64,000 nucleotides of DNA. Origin: Felis catus (Eukaryota). The notes under the pieces are model-generated. The model did no database searches, was not told where the DNA came from, and saw nothing but the letters and a program-made list of their open reading frames with translations. A program made the position numbers and the translations under genes. The stretch covers positions 44,766,001 through 44,830,000 of the forward strand of contig NC_058368.1 in assembly GCF_018350175.1 (NCBI RefSeq), written 5' to 3'. Of the stretch, positions 1-13,336 are shown in pieces (the stretch's first letter is position 1; every line of letters starts with the position of its first letter).

Positions 1-1386
1 AAAACATACAAAATTAAACTAAAAAGCTATGGTGAATTAAATAAGAAATATCAACATCAATGTAATAGGAGTCCCCAGGAGAAGGTAAATCAAAGATTGA
101 TGTGTATATCGAAGGGACAGAAATCTTGGGCCAAGGAGGCTTATTGCATCTGAGTGTGACATAGAATGATGAACTTCTGGGATTCAACTGATCACAAGGA
201 ATGTGATTGATCATAAAGGAAACACTCAACTTCATCAGGAAACACACATGTATCTTGCATTGCTATCAATCTGGCTTCAGCTGATTAGAGCTTGGATTGG
301 CATCCAAGTTGAAGGCAGCTTTCTATGTACTGGGCATTGCTAGCAATCTATGAGGCACTCTGGGATGAGAATTGTGTCCAGAAATGATGCTCTATCTACT
401 AATTCAACAAGGATGGATCTTGGGGAGTATTGTAGGAGATAATTTTTAAAAAAAAAACTGACAGGAAGCAATAGCCCCTAGGAAGTAAAACAGAGGAAGC
501 CAATGGCATAAGATATGGAGGAGAGGTGAGCCACTTGATAATAGAAGTGAAAGAATGAAAAACACAAAGCAAGGGAGGGCGAGGAATGAAAATAGTGGAC
601 TACTACAGTTAGTATTGGGTCCCCAAAACTTGTGAGAAATGCTGCACTACATTTCAGATACCTGAAATACTTATTAGCTCATGTCATTTGCTGTGCAGCC
701 TTACTTCCACATGAACCTTTACAATGAACCCTTTAGCAAATAAGAAAAACTGAAAGACCATACCCCAGGTTACCGTTTTGTCCAGTCCTGACGCCTAGAG
801 GAGAGGATGCTGTGTGACAGAATTTGGAGGCACACCATCACCTTGTACACTTTAAACACTTGAAATTATATAGCATAAGATGTATTCTCAGTGAAATTTT
901 TTCAAGTATGTTCTCTTAGCATGCAAATAACCTACACAATTGAACCTTAGTACACCTTAATAGAAAATTACTGAATTGTCGAAAACAAAAAGGAAGAAGG
1001 AGACATTAAATTCTAAACATTCTAAACCAGAGTGCTTATTCTCTACATTTCACTCAAACAGAAACATAGGTAATTAGATAGCTAGATAATTAAAACAACA
1101 CATATAGCTTTTACATGGATATAAAAGCAAAAATCCTCCATTATATTTGGAAAACAATCATGTAAGAAACCTTTAATACTCATGAATGTTACCTGGGAAG
1201 AATAATTTGCTGTTAATATTTTCATATTATAATTTGGTTCCATGTGATTTAAATAAATTACATAGTTATTAAAGCAAAAAATTTTAGAACTTGAAAAGTT
1301 TTTCATATATTTATTACTATTCCTTAATTTACTAATACCTAATGTGAAAAAAGGGAGGTAAGCTAAAAGATCAAATAGTCCAGACC

Positions 1387-1390
1387 TATT

Positions 1391-1425
<35 letters not shown>

Positions 1426-1450
1426 TGTTATTTATTTATTTGTTTATTTG

Positions 1451-1481
<31 letters not shown>
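1387..1481. repeat. (TTTA)n microsatellite
   Basis: About 95 bp imperfect TTTA run. Confidence 0.95.
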
Positions 1482-1482
<1 letters not shown>

Positions 1483-2528
1483 TGTTTGCTTAAATTGATC
1501 GTAGAGTAAACAAGAATGGGAAGTGCAGTGCTAGAGATATCAAAATTGAACTAGTATTAATATGTATTTTAGAAATGTTCTATAATTTTGCTTGCCTATG
1601 AATGTCTAAATCAATGAATTTGCAATTAAACCTGGATAGCTCTCTAATATGTATATTATAAATACATGAAAGACACTTAATTGACTACTTGCCATATTTC
1701 AGGTATTCAAAAAAAGTCATTTGTACTTCTCTTTGTAATCCCCATGGTACAAGTACAAATTCAGGAACTGTTCGCCTTTATTTCATTCCTCTTTTCAAAT
1801 ATTTGTATAGGACTTTACAATTCACACAGTGATTTCATAACATTATACTTATATTTTTATCTACTTAATAACTTTGAATTGGTGGCAAGTCTTGAAATTG
1901 AAGTCTTATGGTTTAAGTGCTGTCTTCAAATCATGTCAATACGGTAGATTCAAGACTCACATCCAGATCATCTGAATCCCAATATAGTTCTCTGCATCTC
2001 CAGTTTCTTCCACAGGAGAAATCGGTTGAATCCTGTGTTAATGATCCCTGGTGCCAATTCTTTCTCTAAACTGTACTGCTCTTTCCCCACAGATTTTTCA
2101 AGGTGGAATTAATTACATGCAAAGGTATGGGTAGGCTAGTTATGGGAGTGGAGTGAGCCACCTTAATTAAGTTTTCCTCAATGCACATTAACTATTTTTT
2201 CCTCTGGGCAACATTACTCTGGCCTCTCCATGACAGTTCTATTTTTTTTTTTCATATTGAACTTTACATGTTGTATGAATGTCAGATTGTGAAAACTTTG
2301 AGGATTGCTTGAGGTCTACTCATTTTGGTATCTTTGACATCCTTCTCAACAGTTTAATGCACATTAGTCAACACAAGAAAATGTCAAGAACTTAGAAAAA
2401 ATGCTCCAAATAAACTCATAATTTATCTAAAGTTAATGATAATTAATGACAGTAATATTATTTTTAACATGCATTTAACTATCAATAAATGTTTCTAAAA
2501 ATAATATCAATAAAGTAAGAGATCTTAC

Positions 2529-2753
2529 CTAGACCATGTCTATGTGTTGACATTGGTGGTAAGACAGTCCAAGTCTTGGTTTTGGGATTGTAACATTCAA
2601 CAGTGTTCAATGTCTTTAAGCCATCTCGACCTCCAATTACAAAGAGTTTGTCATCAATAACAGCCACACCAAACTGCAGTCTCCTGCCATTCATCATTCC
2701 TGCCTGGATCCACAAATTTGTTCTGAGGTCATATTTCTCTATGGTTGTAGCTC
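2529..2753 (-). CDS. KLHL1: KLHL1 internal coding exon (probable exon 7), Kelch repeats
   Basis: 225 nt, phase 1/1. Acceptor ttttatcAG|GA, donor TAG|GTAAGA. Encodes (G)[74 protein letters not shown](G), with the Kelch GG...Y...W signature. Confidence 0.96.
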
Positions 2754-4697
2754 CTGATAAAACATAAAATCAAACAATCACCATTTACTACTAATTTAAC
2801 ATACAACCTGCCCAAGACAGTGTACAAATTCAGGTGTGAAAATAATCTTGTCACACTTATTTTTCTTAAAGACAATGTGGCAGAAAACCAAAGGGAGTAG
2901 TATTTTAACTACATTATTTCTTCTCCTTGGCAGAAACTAATTATCAAAGTAGACACAAATTTATAACTTGTTTGAATGTTATAATGGTCTCATGCTAAAC
3001 TAGCAGTTCAATAGAATTATTGTTGGTCATGGCACAGTTCTGTCAGATTTTACAACTTTTTTATGTCACTGTTTGCCATAAAAAAGTAACATAATCCTAG
3101 TATAATTTCTGTATAATCTCTGTACAGTTTTTGAAAGTGAATTGAATTTAATAAATTATTTACCATGTTTCTCTTTAAATTTGATTTATGCCTTAAAATA
3201 ACAGAACATTTTAAAAGTCAATTTGAGGTTATGTAAACAAATGTCAGCTATGCCTTTTAAGATCTTCTTTTAAAAAATGTATCTGGGGAATAGCTTAATA
3301 GAATGTAGAGACTAAACTGATTTTCTATCCTTATCAATCATGTTACAATCTCTAAATAAAATAGCTTATCTTTCCTAAAAGCTTTTTATACATAAATCTG
3401 AGAAATGGAATAAATCTAACTTGCCATATAGAAATTGAAAGCAGAAATAAGTTAAATTGCTGATGAGATATGTTTTTATAGATTTGGTTACACATTTCAC
3501 ATTAAAAATGTCTGCCTTGAACAAGTTCACAAATGTTTATATGATAAAACATAGCTAACAAAACACTACTCTTGCTTTTCAGTGTTTGATCTTAGTGTTC
3601 AGATTCACATTCACCAGTGCTTTATCTTCAATGATTAAATATCCCTACAAAGGGAGTCAACATTCTTGTGTACTTTTCACATACTCACTAAAGATCTATT
3701 TTACTTGTAGCATAATAAAAGCTTGCAAACTAGGGAACGTATTCCTCAGGGTATTCACTTGCTATTTAGAAAGTAACCAGCAAGGAACTAAACAAATATG
3801 AACAACTTGGTAGGGGAAATTTTGCTAATTGAAATAAAATGAGTAAAATTGAGTAAATGCTCAAATGTTATCCAAAGGTAACAAAGCAATAATAATATAG
3901 ATACTAGGTTAGATGCATTTAATGTTTTTTAAGTTAATAAAAATATGAGCTAATTTCCATATAAGGAAATATGAGGCATTATAAGATTAGTACTATTATT
4001 TTTAGAATAAACATACATTGTAATGTTCAGAAAAGTCACTTATACTGATTAGTAACATAAGATATGCTTAAGTATATTTATTATATTTTATATTTGATGA
4101 TTTATTCATCCATGTACAAAACAAAATTCCAAGGTGAACTAAACCACTGAATAATTTCAAGGTCATCTGAATTCTCAAAACTTGATGGCATTGGCATTCA
4201 CGAATGCTTCACTAAAATTAAGTTATATGGAAGTACCTCTCTCTTATGACTAACTCTTGACAAATATTGGTGTAATAGTGTAACCTGATCCCAATGAACC
4301 CAATTTCATGAGACTCATATTTTGCAGATACGGCTAGACAAGGAAGTATTTGTACAACTGTACTTTCCATACTGTCCAAAACCTTGATCAAAACCTTTGC
4401 AGAGAAATTAAGGTCTAGTCATCCTTCTAAGAGAAAATAATTGGGAATGCGTGAAATTAATGGCTTCTGAGCAACCAAAGGTGTTGTTATTCAAAGGGAA
4501 AAGTGAAGATTGATTTCAGTTTCAAAGTCTCATTCAAACAAGCTAGATGTATCTTAAATCTCAACACATGGCAGGATTTTTTGCTTTTACAGTGTTTTTC
4601 CTTGAACTGAGTTTTCAAAGGTGACCTCTGTATTTTATCCTAAAATTGCTACATCAGAAATTGAGTACATCCTGTCTTCATTTTTCAAATTAGAAGT

Positions 4698-5187
4698 TGT
4701 ATTAATTTCCCATGGCTGCTATGAAAAATCACGTCAAACTTAGTGGCGTAAAAAAACCTACACATTTATCACCTTACAGCTCTGGAGGTCAGAAGTTCAA
4801 AATAGGTCTTATTGTGCTAAAATCAAGGTGTTGACAGAGCTTCATTTCTTTCAGGGGCTTTGAAGAAGTAAATGTCTTGCCTTTCCCATCTTTCACAGGC
4901 CATCCATATTCCTTATGACCCCTTCTTCCATTTTCAAAGCCAGAAACACTGCATTTCTCTGACATTGATTTTTGTGATTCCTTTAGGCCCACCCCTTTAT
5001 AATCTGAATTAATGCAGAACATTCCTATTTAACGTAGAATAGACTGCTTATGGCCAGCTAATTAGCAAACTTAATTCTCTTCACCACCTTAAAACTTTCC
5101 CACAGTTTTCTATGTAAGCTACCATATTCATGGATTCTGGGGATTCAGATATAGATATCTTTGGGGAACCATAATCTACCTGCCCCA
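4698..5187 (-). mobile_element. ERVL-MaLR solo LTR (MLT1D/E-like)
   Basis: Typical reverse MLT1 motifs: tgtattaatttcc...cttacagctctggaggtcagaagttcaaaat...ctaaaatcaaggtgttgacag...atctttggggaaccataatctacctgcc. Confidence 0.75.
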
Positions 5188-5442
5188 GAAGACAACACCT
5201 ATTTTCACTCTGCTGTTTGACTTTGCATAGTTATAGAAAGTTTAGTAGAACAAAACAGAGAAATATTTCTTGATTTGTAGAACTTACTTATAGTAGCCAA
5301 TCTAATTGATTATTTTCTCATTCGGTCTGAATGTAATATAAATATTTTATTTAGTTTAAGGATCACAAAGTTAAGCATATGCTTCCTCTTTTTCTAAGGA
5401 AAGCTATTAATAATAATGTTCTTTAAGAAATTCTCTCATCAG

Positions 5443-5658
5443 GAGTGCCTGGGTGGCTCAGTCGGTTGAGCGTCTGACTCTTGGTTTTGGCTCTGGTCAT
5501 GATCACGGGGTTTGTGGGAATTAGTCCCATGCTGGGCTCTTCACTGACAACACTGAACCTACTTGGGATTCTCTCTCTCTCTCTCTCTCTCTGCCCCTTC
5601 CCCGCTTGTGCTCTCTCTTTCAAAATAAATAAATAAACATTACAAAAAAAAAAAGAAA
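5443..5658 (+). mobile_element. Can-SINE (SINEC)
   Basis: tRNA-like head gcctgggtggctcagtcggttgag, (CT)n, A-tail. TSD aagaaattctctcaYcag at 5425-5442 and 5659-5676. Confidence 0.95.
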
Positions 5659-6509
5659 AAGAAATTCTCTCACCAGTATACCTCATTAGCTATCTGGATA
5701 AACATCACAATTCTATTATTACTATTTATTTTAATTTACAAATTTGTTTATGGGTTTGGTTGGTTTTCTTTGTTCATCAGAGTATATGTATTTCCTTAGT
5801 GGTCACCTGAGTCAAAGGAAAGACAAAGCCATTCTCACTGAGAAATGTTACCCTGTTAAATGTGACGTAAAGGTACTATTTGTCATTATGTAAATTAAAA
5901 ATAGAATATAAGTAACTATTGTGGTCACAAGTCATAACTTTGAAATGTTAAAAAGGAAAACTTATTTTAACATATAGTTACTTTAAGGGCATGAAACTGT
6001 CACTAATTATCTCAAATGCCTGCATGACTTTAGAATGTGTGACTGCAGGCACAATAGAGTCCTGACAACTTTCATAAACTGGAAAGCACCTACTCTGAGA
6101 CTCCAAACCATAAACATAAGCAACTAATTAATGTTAGGTTCATTAAAACAGGTATGATGAGAACATCTGGCTATGGAGGACCAATATTAGGACTGGTTAG
6201 ATCCCTATTGTTTTGTATTTTAAACTCTAGATTACTATGGTAAAGCAGTTTGAAGTTTGCATTATTTCTTGTAGGGAATTTTACTATTATTCTGTGAGCT
6301 ATAACTTTGTATAATAACAATATTATTTTATAAAATGTGTAGTGTAACTCAATAGAATCTAAAGAAATTTGTAAAACTTCCTAACTTAATGGAGTTATAT
6401 AATTCAAAGATACATCTCATTCTTGGTATATTGAATAATGTGAAATAAAATGTCAGGCATTTTTGAGACCATATGACATTAGTCCCAATATACTAATCAA
6501 ATTAGTATA

Positions 6510-6730
6510 CAGTATTTATTGAGTACTTCTTATGCTCTAAGAGATCTACATGTATTAGTACATTTGATTTTATTAAAATATTATGACATGGGTATTATTA
6601 TTAGGCCAAATTTATAGAAAAAGAAGCTAAATCAGAGAAAGCTTTAGAAACTTGCTCAGTGTCTCTCAGATAATAACTGGTTGAACAGCAATATTAAGCT
6701 GGCTCTAGAGCCCACTCTGATAAACACATA
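6510..6730 (-). mobile_element. MIR relic
   Basis: atttattgagtactt...ggtattattattaggccaaatttatagaaaaagaagctaaatcagagaa resembles the reverse MIR core. Confidence 0.6.
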
Positions 6731-6778
6731 TTTACTACCTTATCCTGGTTATAGAACAAGTTAATTGCACTTAATGCA

Positions 6779-7310
6779 TGTGGCAGGCAGAATTTTATAA
6801 ATGCTCCTTCTTGAGATTTAATGACCTATTTCCTGGATTGTGATAAGAAATCACTTCATTGGATTGTTATGCTGTGTGTCACAGTTCACCTTAATATGGG
6901 GAGATAACTTGGCTGGCCCTGATCTCATAAACCCTTGAACATGGAGAGATTTCTCTGGCTAGTTGTGGATGGGGAAGTCAGAAAGATATGAAGCATGAAC
7001 AGGACTCGACTTGCTCAGGTCAGGTATGAAAATGGAAGGGGCCACATGAGAAGCGATATGGGTGGCCTCTGGGAGCTGGGAGTGTTCCTTACCTGACAGC
7101 CAGAGAGGAAACAATCTTTCAGGGAGATGACCTCCGGCTCTGGATGAGAGCACAACCCTAGCCAACACTTTGATTTCAGCTTTTGACATCCAGAGCAGAG
7201 AATGTAGCCATGCCACCCTAAACTTCTGACTTACAAAACTGTGAGCTAAAAGATGACAGTTGTTTTAAACCACTGTTTGTGGTAATTTGGTGCACAGCAA
7301 TAACGTGTAC
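6779..7310 (+). mobile_element. ERVL-MaLR solo LTR (MLT1E-like)
   Basis: Starts tgtggcaggcagaatt and ends aaactgtgagc...tgttttaaaccactgtttgtggtaatttggtgcacagcaata, matching MLT1 termini. Confidence 0.8.
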
Positions 7311-8510
7311 TTTGTTTTAATTTGCATTTTAAAAATTTATCAGGTATTTTTTTCAAGTTGAACAACATAACTAGAAGGTCATCTATACAATGCAAATACA
7401 AAAGTATTTTCTTCATGACAAAAAAAACAAAACAAAACAAAACAAAACAGCAGGTTCTTGTCTCAAAATATCAAACCTAGAATAAGTGTTCAAGATATTA
7501 TCAAAGTGTGGTTCTGGGTCTCTTTAGAGTTGTTTATTATACAGTCACATATGATTAAGTTGTAACAATAGCAATTAATATATACGCATTCCATTTTGGC
7601 ATTACCGATAGCAGGACTTATTCCAATATCTGTAACTCAGTCATTTAGCAACCTTACTTCTCTTGAACATAGCACAGAATAAAATGATCATAGTTTTCCG
7701 AACTGACAAAATGTCACAAAAAGCTATAAAGAAGTTAAAGCTCTTTTATACAACTCAAAAGAAAGGGCCTCTGGTCTTCTCACAAAGCCTTTCTACTATA
7801 ATTTTAGTGCACTATTAATAAGCTCAATTACCCTACTCACAAGACTTTACAAACCAACAAGTGAGAGTGATCTGGATCCTTTGACAACAGCAATAGTTGA
7901 CAGTGAGGAAGTAACCAGAATAAAAATGGTGTTTTCACTGAAATAGAACAATCATGCACATCAAATCATTAGGAAAAGGTTAAATTATGTTAGAATGTAT
8001 TCTCTTGAAGGAAGCAGTAAATAGAGAGAAACATACTGGAAAAGTTTAAAAGCAAAGATATTTTTTTATGATACTTAAAATATAAAACTTCAGGCTTTAA
8101 ATAAAATAGCATTATAAAGAATGACTTATTTCTTGAATTTTTCATAGGATAAGCTTCTCATTGACTTTCATGTGTCTATATACTTATTGAAAATATAGTT
8201 TGGGATAATATTCTTACACTAATATAAAAGATATCACTACAGGGAAAATATTTTTCAAAGACAGGCAAGTCACTACATTTTCAGTAATTTGTTATGTTTT
8301 ATAAGGATGGCATTATAAACATTTCACACATAATAATTTCATATGTGCTGAATAAACATCCAACAAAATTCCACATTTCTCTCTTCTATAAATATAACCA
8401 TTTGTAAGGGGTAATAGACTGATACATAGCTATACATAGAGATATAAATGTAAATATATCATTAAGCTTAATGCTGAATTTTGAGGTAGATATATAAATT
8501 TCAAAAACAT

Positions 8511-8639
8511 GGAGGGTATTTAGGAGGGCACTTGTTGTGATGAGCACTGGGTGTTGTATGTAAGTGATGAATCACTGAATTCTATTACCAAAACCAGTAT
8601 TGCACTGGAAGTTAACTAAAATTTCACTTAAAAAAAAAT
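8511..8639 (+). mobile_element. Carnivore L1 3' end fragment
   Basis: ggagggcacttgttgtgatgagcactgggtgttgtatgtaagtgatgaatcact followed by an A-tail. Confidence 0.85.
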
Positions 8640-9382
8640 CTAACATTATACTTAGTTTAAATTAATTTCACTAAATTCAGGAATGCCAAAAGATACCAAG
8701 TTCTTAAATCATAGCTTGGAGAAACAAAAGTATGGAGCATAATTTTAGTTATTTGTATTTTATGTAATAATGCACCTTAATAGCTAAATGTTATTACCAT
8801 TAAAATCTTAGAAAAATTTAAAAGATTTCTGGAAGTTGTTTAATCATATAAGCAAAATGCAAACATCAGTGTAATTTCTTTAGAAAAATTAAATTTACCT
8901 TTTAGCACCACTAAAAGTGAGTTATCTAAAAACCAGCAAGACAGGGGCTAGTTCTAGATAAAGAAAAATTAAAACTTTATGGAAATATGTCAATTAAAAT
9001 GAATGGAAAGAATCACACTAATTTTGAACAAGATGGCTTGTTTTCAGAAATGTGAATTATTATCTTATATAATCACAATTAATATGATGATATTTTTACA
9101 AAGTATTTATGAAATTATACTTGTATTTCTCTGGAAATTCAAATGGAAATATCAAAAATACATTTTTAAAAGCTGGATAATTTCTAAAACAAAGGAGTAG
9201 TAAGGGAAAAATGGTTACCAGGTTTTAAAAAGCATTATATAAGTATAGAAATTTTTAAAAATGCTTTATGACAAAGGAAATAACTGTATTCATAACTCTG
9301 AAATGAAAGCCAGACATAACCTTAATACACTTGATATTTATAATTTAATAAAAGTATCTGTCTAAACCAATGGAAAACATGA

Positions 9383-9580
9383 TGGGGGTAGGGAACCGGG
9401 GGGGGGGGGGCTGTAGGAAAAATGGGTAATGGGCATTGAGGAGGGCACTTGTTGGGATGAGCACTGGGTGTTGTATGTAAGTGATAAATCACAGGAATCT
9501 ACTCCTGAAGATAAGAGTGCACTGTATACACTATATGTTAGCTAATTGACAATAAATTCTATTAAAAGTAAATAAATACA
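9383..9580 (+). mobile_element. Felid/carnivore L1 3' end fragment
   Basis: G-rich tract, then gggcattgaggagggcacttgttgggatgagcactgggtgttgtatg...aataaa and an A-rich tail. Confidence 0.85.
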
Positions 9581-9789
9581 TACATAAACAAACTAACTAA
9601 AAATTAGTTTTAAGATAACTAGTTATTCTTTGGAGAAAAATAAATAAGTAAACTTGGAGTCCTGTCTTACTCTTCATACTGGAATGCACTTGAGATGAAC
9701 CAATGACTAAAGCACAGCTGTGTGGGTTCAAGAGAACCCACGACGTGGTTCTCTTCTCAAGGCTTCACAGACATTAACATAGACAAGGA

Positions 9790-10024
9790 GGGGCGCCTGG
9801 GTGGCTCAGTTAAGCGACCTACTTCAGGTCAGATCATGATCTCACGCTCCGTGGATCTTGTGCTGTGTGACTGAACCCCACATCAGGCTCTGTGGTGATG
9901 GCTCAGAGCCTGGAGCCTACTTCAGATTCTGTGTCAACCTCTCTCTCTGTCCCTCCCCTGCTCACGCTCTGTCTCTCTCTTTCTCTCTCTTAAAAATAAA
10001 CATTAAAAAAAAAGAAACAAAAAA
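9790..10024 (+). mobile_element. Can-SINE (SINEC_Fc-like)
   Basis: ggggcgcctgggtggctcag head, ctcagagcctggagcct body, (CT)n, aaaaataaacattaaaa tail. Confidence 0.95.
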
Positions 10025-11998
10025 CAGGACAGGAGATTTTAAGTAAATTTCCCTGGGTTACACATTATTAAAACCTTAAATATCTTGGAAGATAAAAAAG
10101 TAGGTGATTAATTTTTACTTCTAGGTAGACTTAAGAGTGAAGGTCCATGAGGGAAGGTCATAAGACCCAGAAGTTATAAAATAAATATGAATATATATGA
10201 TCACCAATCATCTAAATATAAAATACAGTTACATCAAAAATACATAAAGAAACAAAAGACTGAGAACATTAAAAACAAAAACTTTTTATAAATGTAGTGA
10301 AGGGTGAATTTCCTTGATGTATAAAAAGCCTTTAGAGATCAAGAAGTAAATTAGAAACGTAAAAATAGTAACATGTTAATAATACTAGCAGGTAATTAAT
10401 TGGAAAGCAATATGAACAACATGTAAGCATCAGAAATGTTACTTAAGGTTTTCTAAGATAACCTTATTATATTCACAGCAGATTTGGAAAGTGAGTAATT
10501 TTGATATTGACATCAAAATCAGCTGGTTGACCTTAAATTGATGCAACATTTTCAAGGACTACTGTGTGTGCGTGTGTGTGTGTGTGTATAGTAAAATACA
10601 TAATAAATTTAGGAAATAGGGGGAGTTGAATTTTTGATTTGTAACTTCCTGTAAATATTTTATCATAAATATGTCTTAGTCCTATAAATGAAATACTAAT
10701 TTCTTTATAATACCAGCTTTTGATGTTACTAATGATGTCATAGGAAAGAGACTTAAAAAGATAAGCCAAAATTGTAATTATTTCTATTATTATTACTTAG
10801 CTACCTTTTTTACAGCAAAGAACTCATTTATTAAAGTAACTTTATTGCAAAAGGACACATATATTAAAGCATTATTGCAAATACAGTTTTTTCATATTCT
10901 TAAAAATATTCATTAAACATAAATTCATGTGCTAACATTTTCAAATTAAATACTTATTTTCACAATTAACATTTGCCAAAAATCAGCCAATATCTTGCTA
11001 TTTTGATTGTTATTAAAATGCCCTATGTCCTAATTAATAATTTTTGTAAAACATTTATTAGAATTTTTCTAGCCTTTGCTGAAAATGTGGGTACCAGTGA
11101 ATGATAGGAAAAATTAATATTGTGACAATTGGGTTCTAGTTCTATTATTGACTATATAACAAAATACCAGTCATTGAAATGCTTTTTCATAAGTATAGCA
11201 AAAGAACACGAGGTCTTATTGATCTCCACCTAAACTATAAACTCTTGGAAAATACATTTTTGCCTTTTTCATAAATGAGTACCCACTTTACAAAGATATA
11301 TTAATGAAGGATCTCTGTGATCTACTGGTGTTTGCTCATTTAAAGTATTACATTAATACCACATTACGTGAAAATGTAGTGACTTCTACTTATCTTTAAA
11401 TCTCTTACTTAACATTCTCTAACTCTCTATCACAGAAGTAACTTAAGGTAGCCCTGAGGAGTCCTTCTTTGCCAGAGAAGAGCCACACATTGGAGGGTTA
11501 AGATCTAGTTTGTATGAAACATATGCACAACACACACAGACTTATTCCCTGTGGATCTGCAAAAGGAGACTTAATTTAGAAAACAGATGTATCTATTATC
11601 GCTTACTGTTCATTCACAGGGAGATTGATCAAAAAGAATACTGAGTGCTCAAGAATTATAATTATGGTGGGAAGTTCATCATAACACACTAATTTATTAT
11701 TCAATCCACATTCATAGAAAGACCTACAGAAGACGTATAGTGACTTGGCCCAATTCCTCTGACTACTAGAAGGCAAAATAAAGTTATTATTAGACTAAAT
11801 TTTGAAGAATTTGACTTATAATTTTAACCCTGATTTATACTCAGAAGAGATACCAAAAACAGTTACAACCAAAATAGTCACTAAGCCTTGTTTCTTTCTA
11901 GTAAGGAGGAGGCTAAGAAAGGAAACTTCATTGACAGGTGATTCACTTTTCACCGGAAAGAGCCTTCTTTGACTCCTCAGTAAAGAACATGGCTTCCA

Positions 11999-12182
11999 CA
12001 GATTCCTAATTAGAGAACTGGTGGTTACCAGAGGGGGGAGGTGAGTGAGGCATGGGTTAAATAGGTGATGGGGATGGTGAGCACAGGGTGATATACGGAA
12101 GTGTTGAATCACTATATTGTACCCCTAAAACTAATATAACACTATGTTAGCTAACTGGAACTAAAATAAAAACTTTAAAAAA
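11999..12182 (+). mobile_element. Carnivore L1 3' end fragment
   Basis: gagaactggtggttaccagagggg...gttgaatcactatattgtacccctaaaactaatataacac and an A-tail. Probable TSD atggcttcca / atgacttcca. Confidence 0.85.
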
Positions 12183-12251
12183 AAATGACTTCCAGGGGCT
12201 CAAAGTCCTTTGTCTGGAGACTCCCTGAGAATGATATAAACAACCAGAATT

Positions 12252-12455
12252 GGGGCACCTGGGTGGCTCAGTCAGTTAAGTGTCCGACTCTTGATTTCAG
12301 CTCAGGTCATTATCTCACAATTCGTGAGTTCCAGCTCTGCATCAGGCTCTGAACTGACAGTGTGGTGCTACCTGGGATTCTCTCTCTCTCCCTCTGTCTC
12401 TGCCACTAGCGCTTGTCTCAAAATAAGTGAATAAATAAATAAACTTAAAAAAACA
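12252..12455 (+). mobile_element. Can-SINE
   Basis: ggggcacctgggtggctcagtcagttaag head, (CT)n, A-rich tail. Confidence 0.93.
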
Positions 12456-13336
12456 ACAACCATATTTTAACAACACGTGAGCATCTTTCTTGATTCTAAA
12501 GAGTGTTAAAGAATTGGATACTTTGACTTGGCCTTGTTCTTCATCTAAGACCCTTGGGGAAGTATGGTTCTCTCCTAAAAATATGTTAGCAGACCAGTAA
12601 ATAGATGCCCATGACAGAAGACAATCCTTTGTGTCTGAAAAACAAACTGGGCTTACACTAACATGTTTCATGGTTTTGAGTTGTTTCTATAATTTTGTGC
12701 AAACTGATGACCTTGAACTGGTAATCTCCAATGGTATATGTCAAGTTTAAAGCAAACGTACTGAAGTGGAACCAAAGTGACTGAATGAAGTTACTGAGGC
12801 AGACATCAAATAGGGCAGTACTCAAAGGGCAAAGATGAAAGAATAAGCTTTCTTTTGTTATATTGCTTTTCTTCAGAAAAACTCCGACAGTATTTTAAAA
12901 TTATCTCACCCACCTAATTGCAAATGCTCAGGTTTCTCTGACACAGGATTGTAAGTGAATCATTTTCTTAAAGCTACATGACGGTTACTATTGAGTTAAA
13001 TGCTTTAAAAATTATCCAGTTGTAAAATTGCTGTATTAAAAGCCATTCTTCAAAAGTTCTTGATAGTGAAGCTTGTACAGCTCAAGCCAAGGAAGTAAAA
13101 AAGTCAGGTCAAGATGGTTAATTCCACCTATTTCACTTTCCATTTTTGCCTTTCAACAATACTGATAATGATGCATCGAATTAGAGACAAATTCAGGGTA
13201 AATAATCCTTTCAAGTCCTTTGAATAAAGAAAGAAAAATAACAGGAGCTTATTCTTAAAGTTAGATAATTTAAATGTTTTAAATATATGGAAGTCCAAGG
13301 CAACATTAAATATTTAAATGTCATAATAATATATGC

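Larger units (their letters stand above)
8850..10780 (+). mobile_element. Highly decayed ancient L1 (ORF2/3' region) interrupted by younger insertions
   Basis: A-rich L1-like phrases (ctggaaattcaaatggaa, ccagacataacc, tttggagaaaaa...cctgtcttac). Boundaries approximate. Confidence 0.45.

Noticed and set aside
60..820. Possible old LTR ending in tgtgtgaca
   Set aside because: Could not match it to a family or find TSDs, so left unannotated.
9727..9735. TTCAAGAGA, the common synthetic shRNA loop
   Set aside because: The stem is only about 8 bp, with no Pol III promoter or T-run terminator. Treated as coincidence within a natural fold-back.
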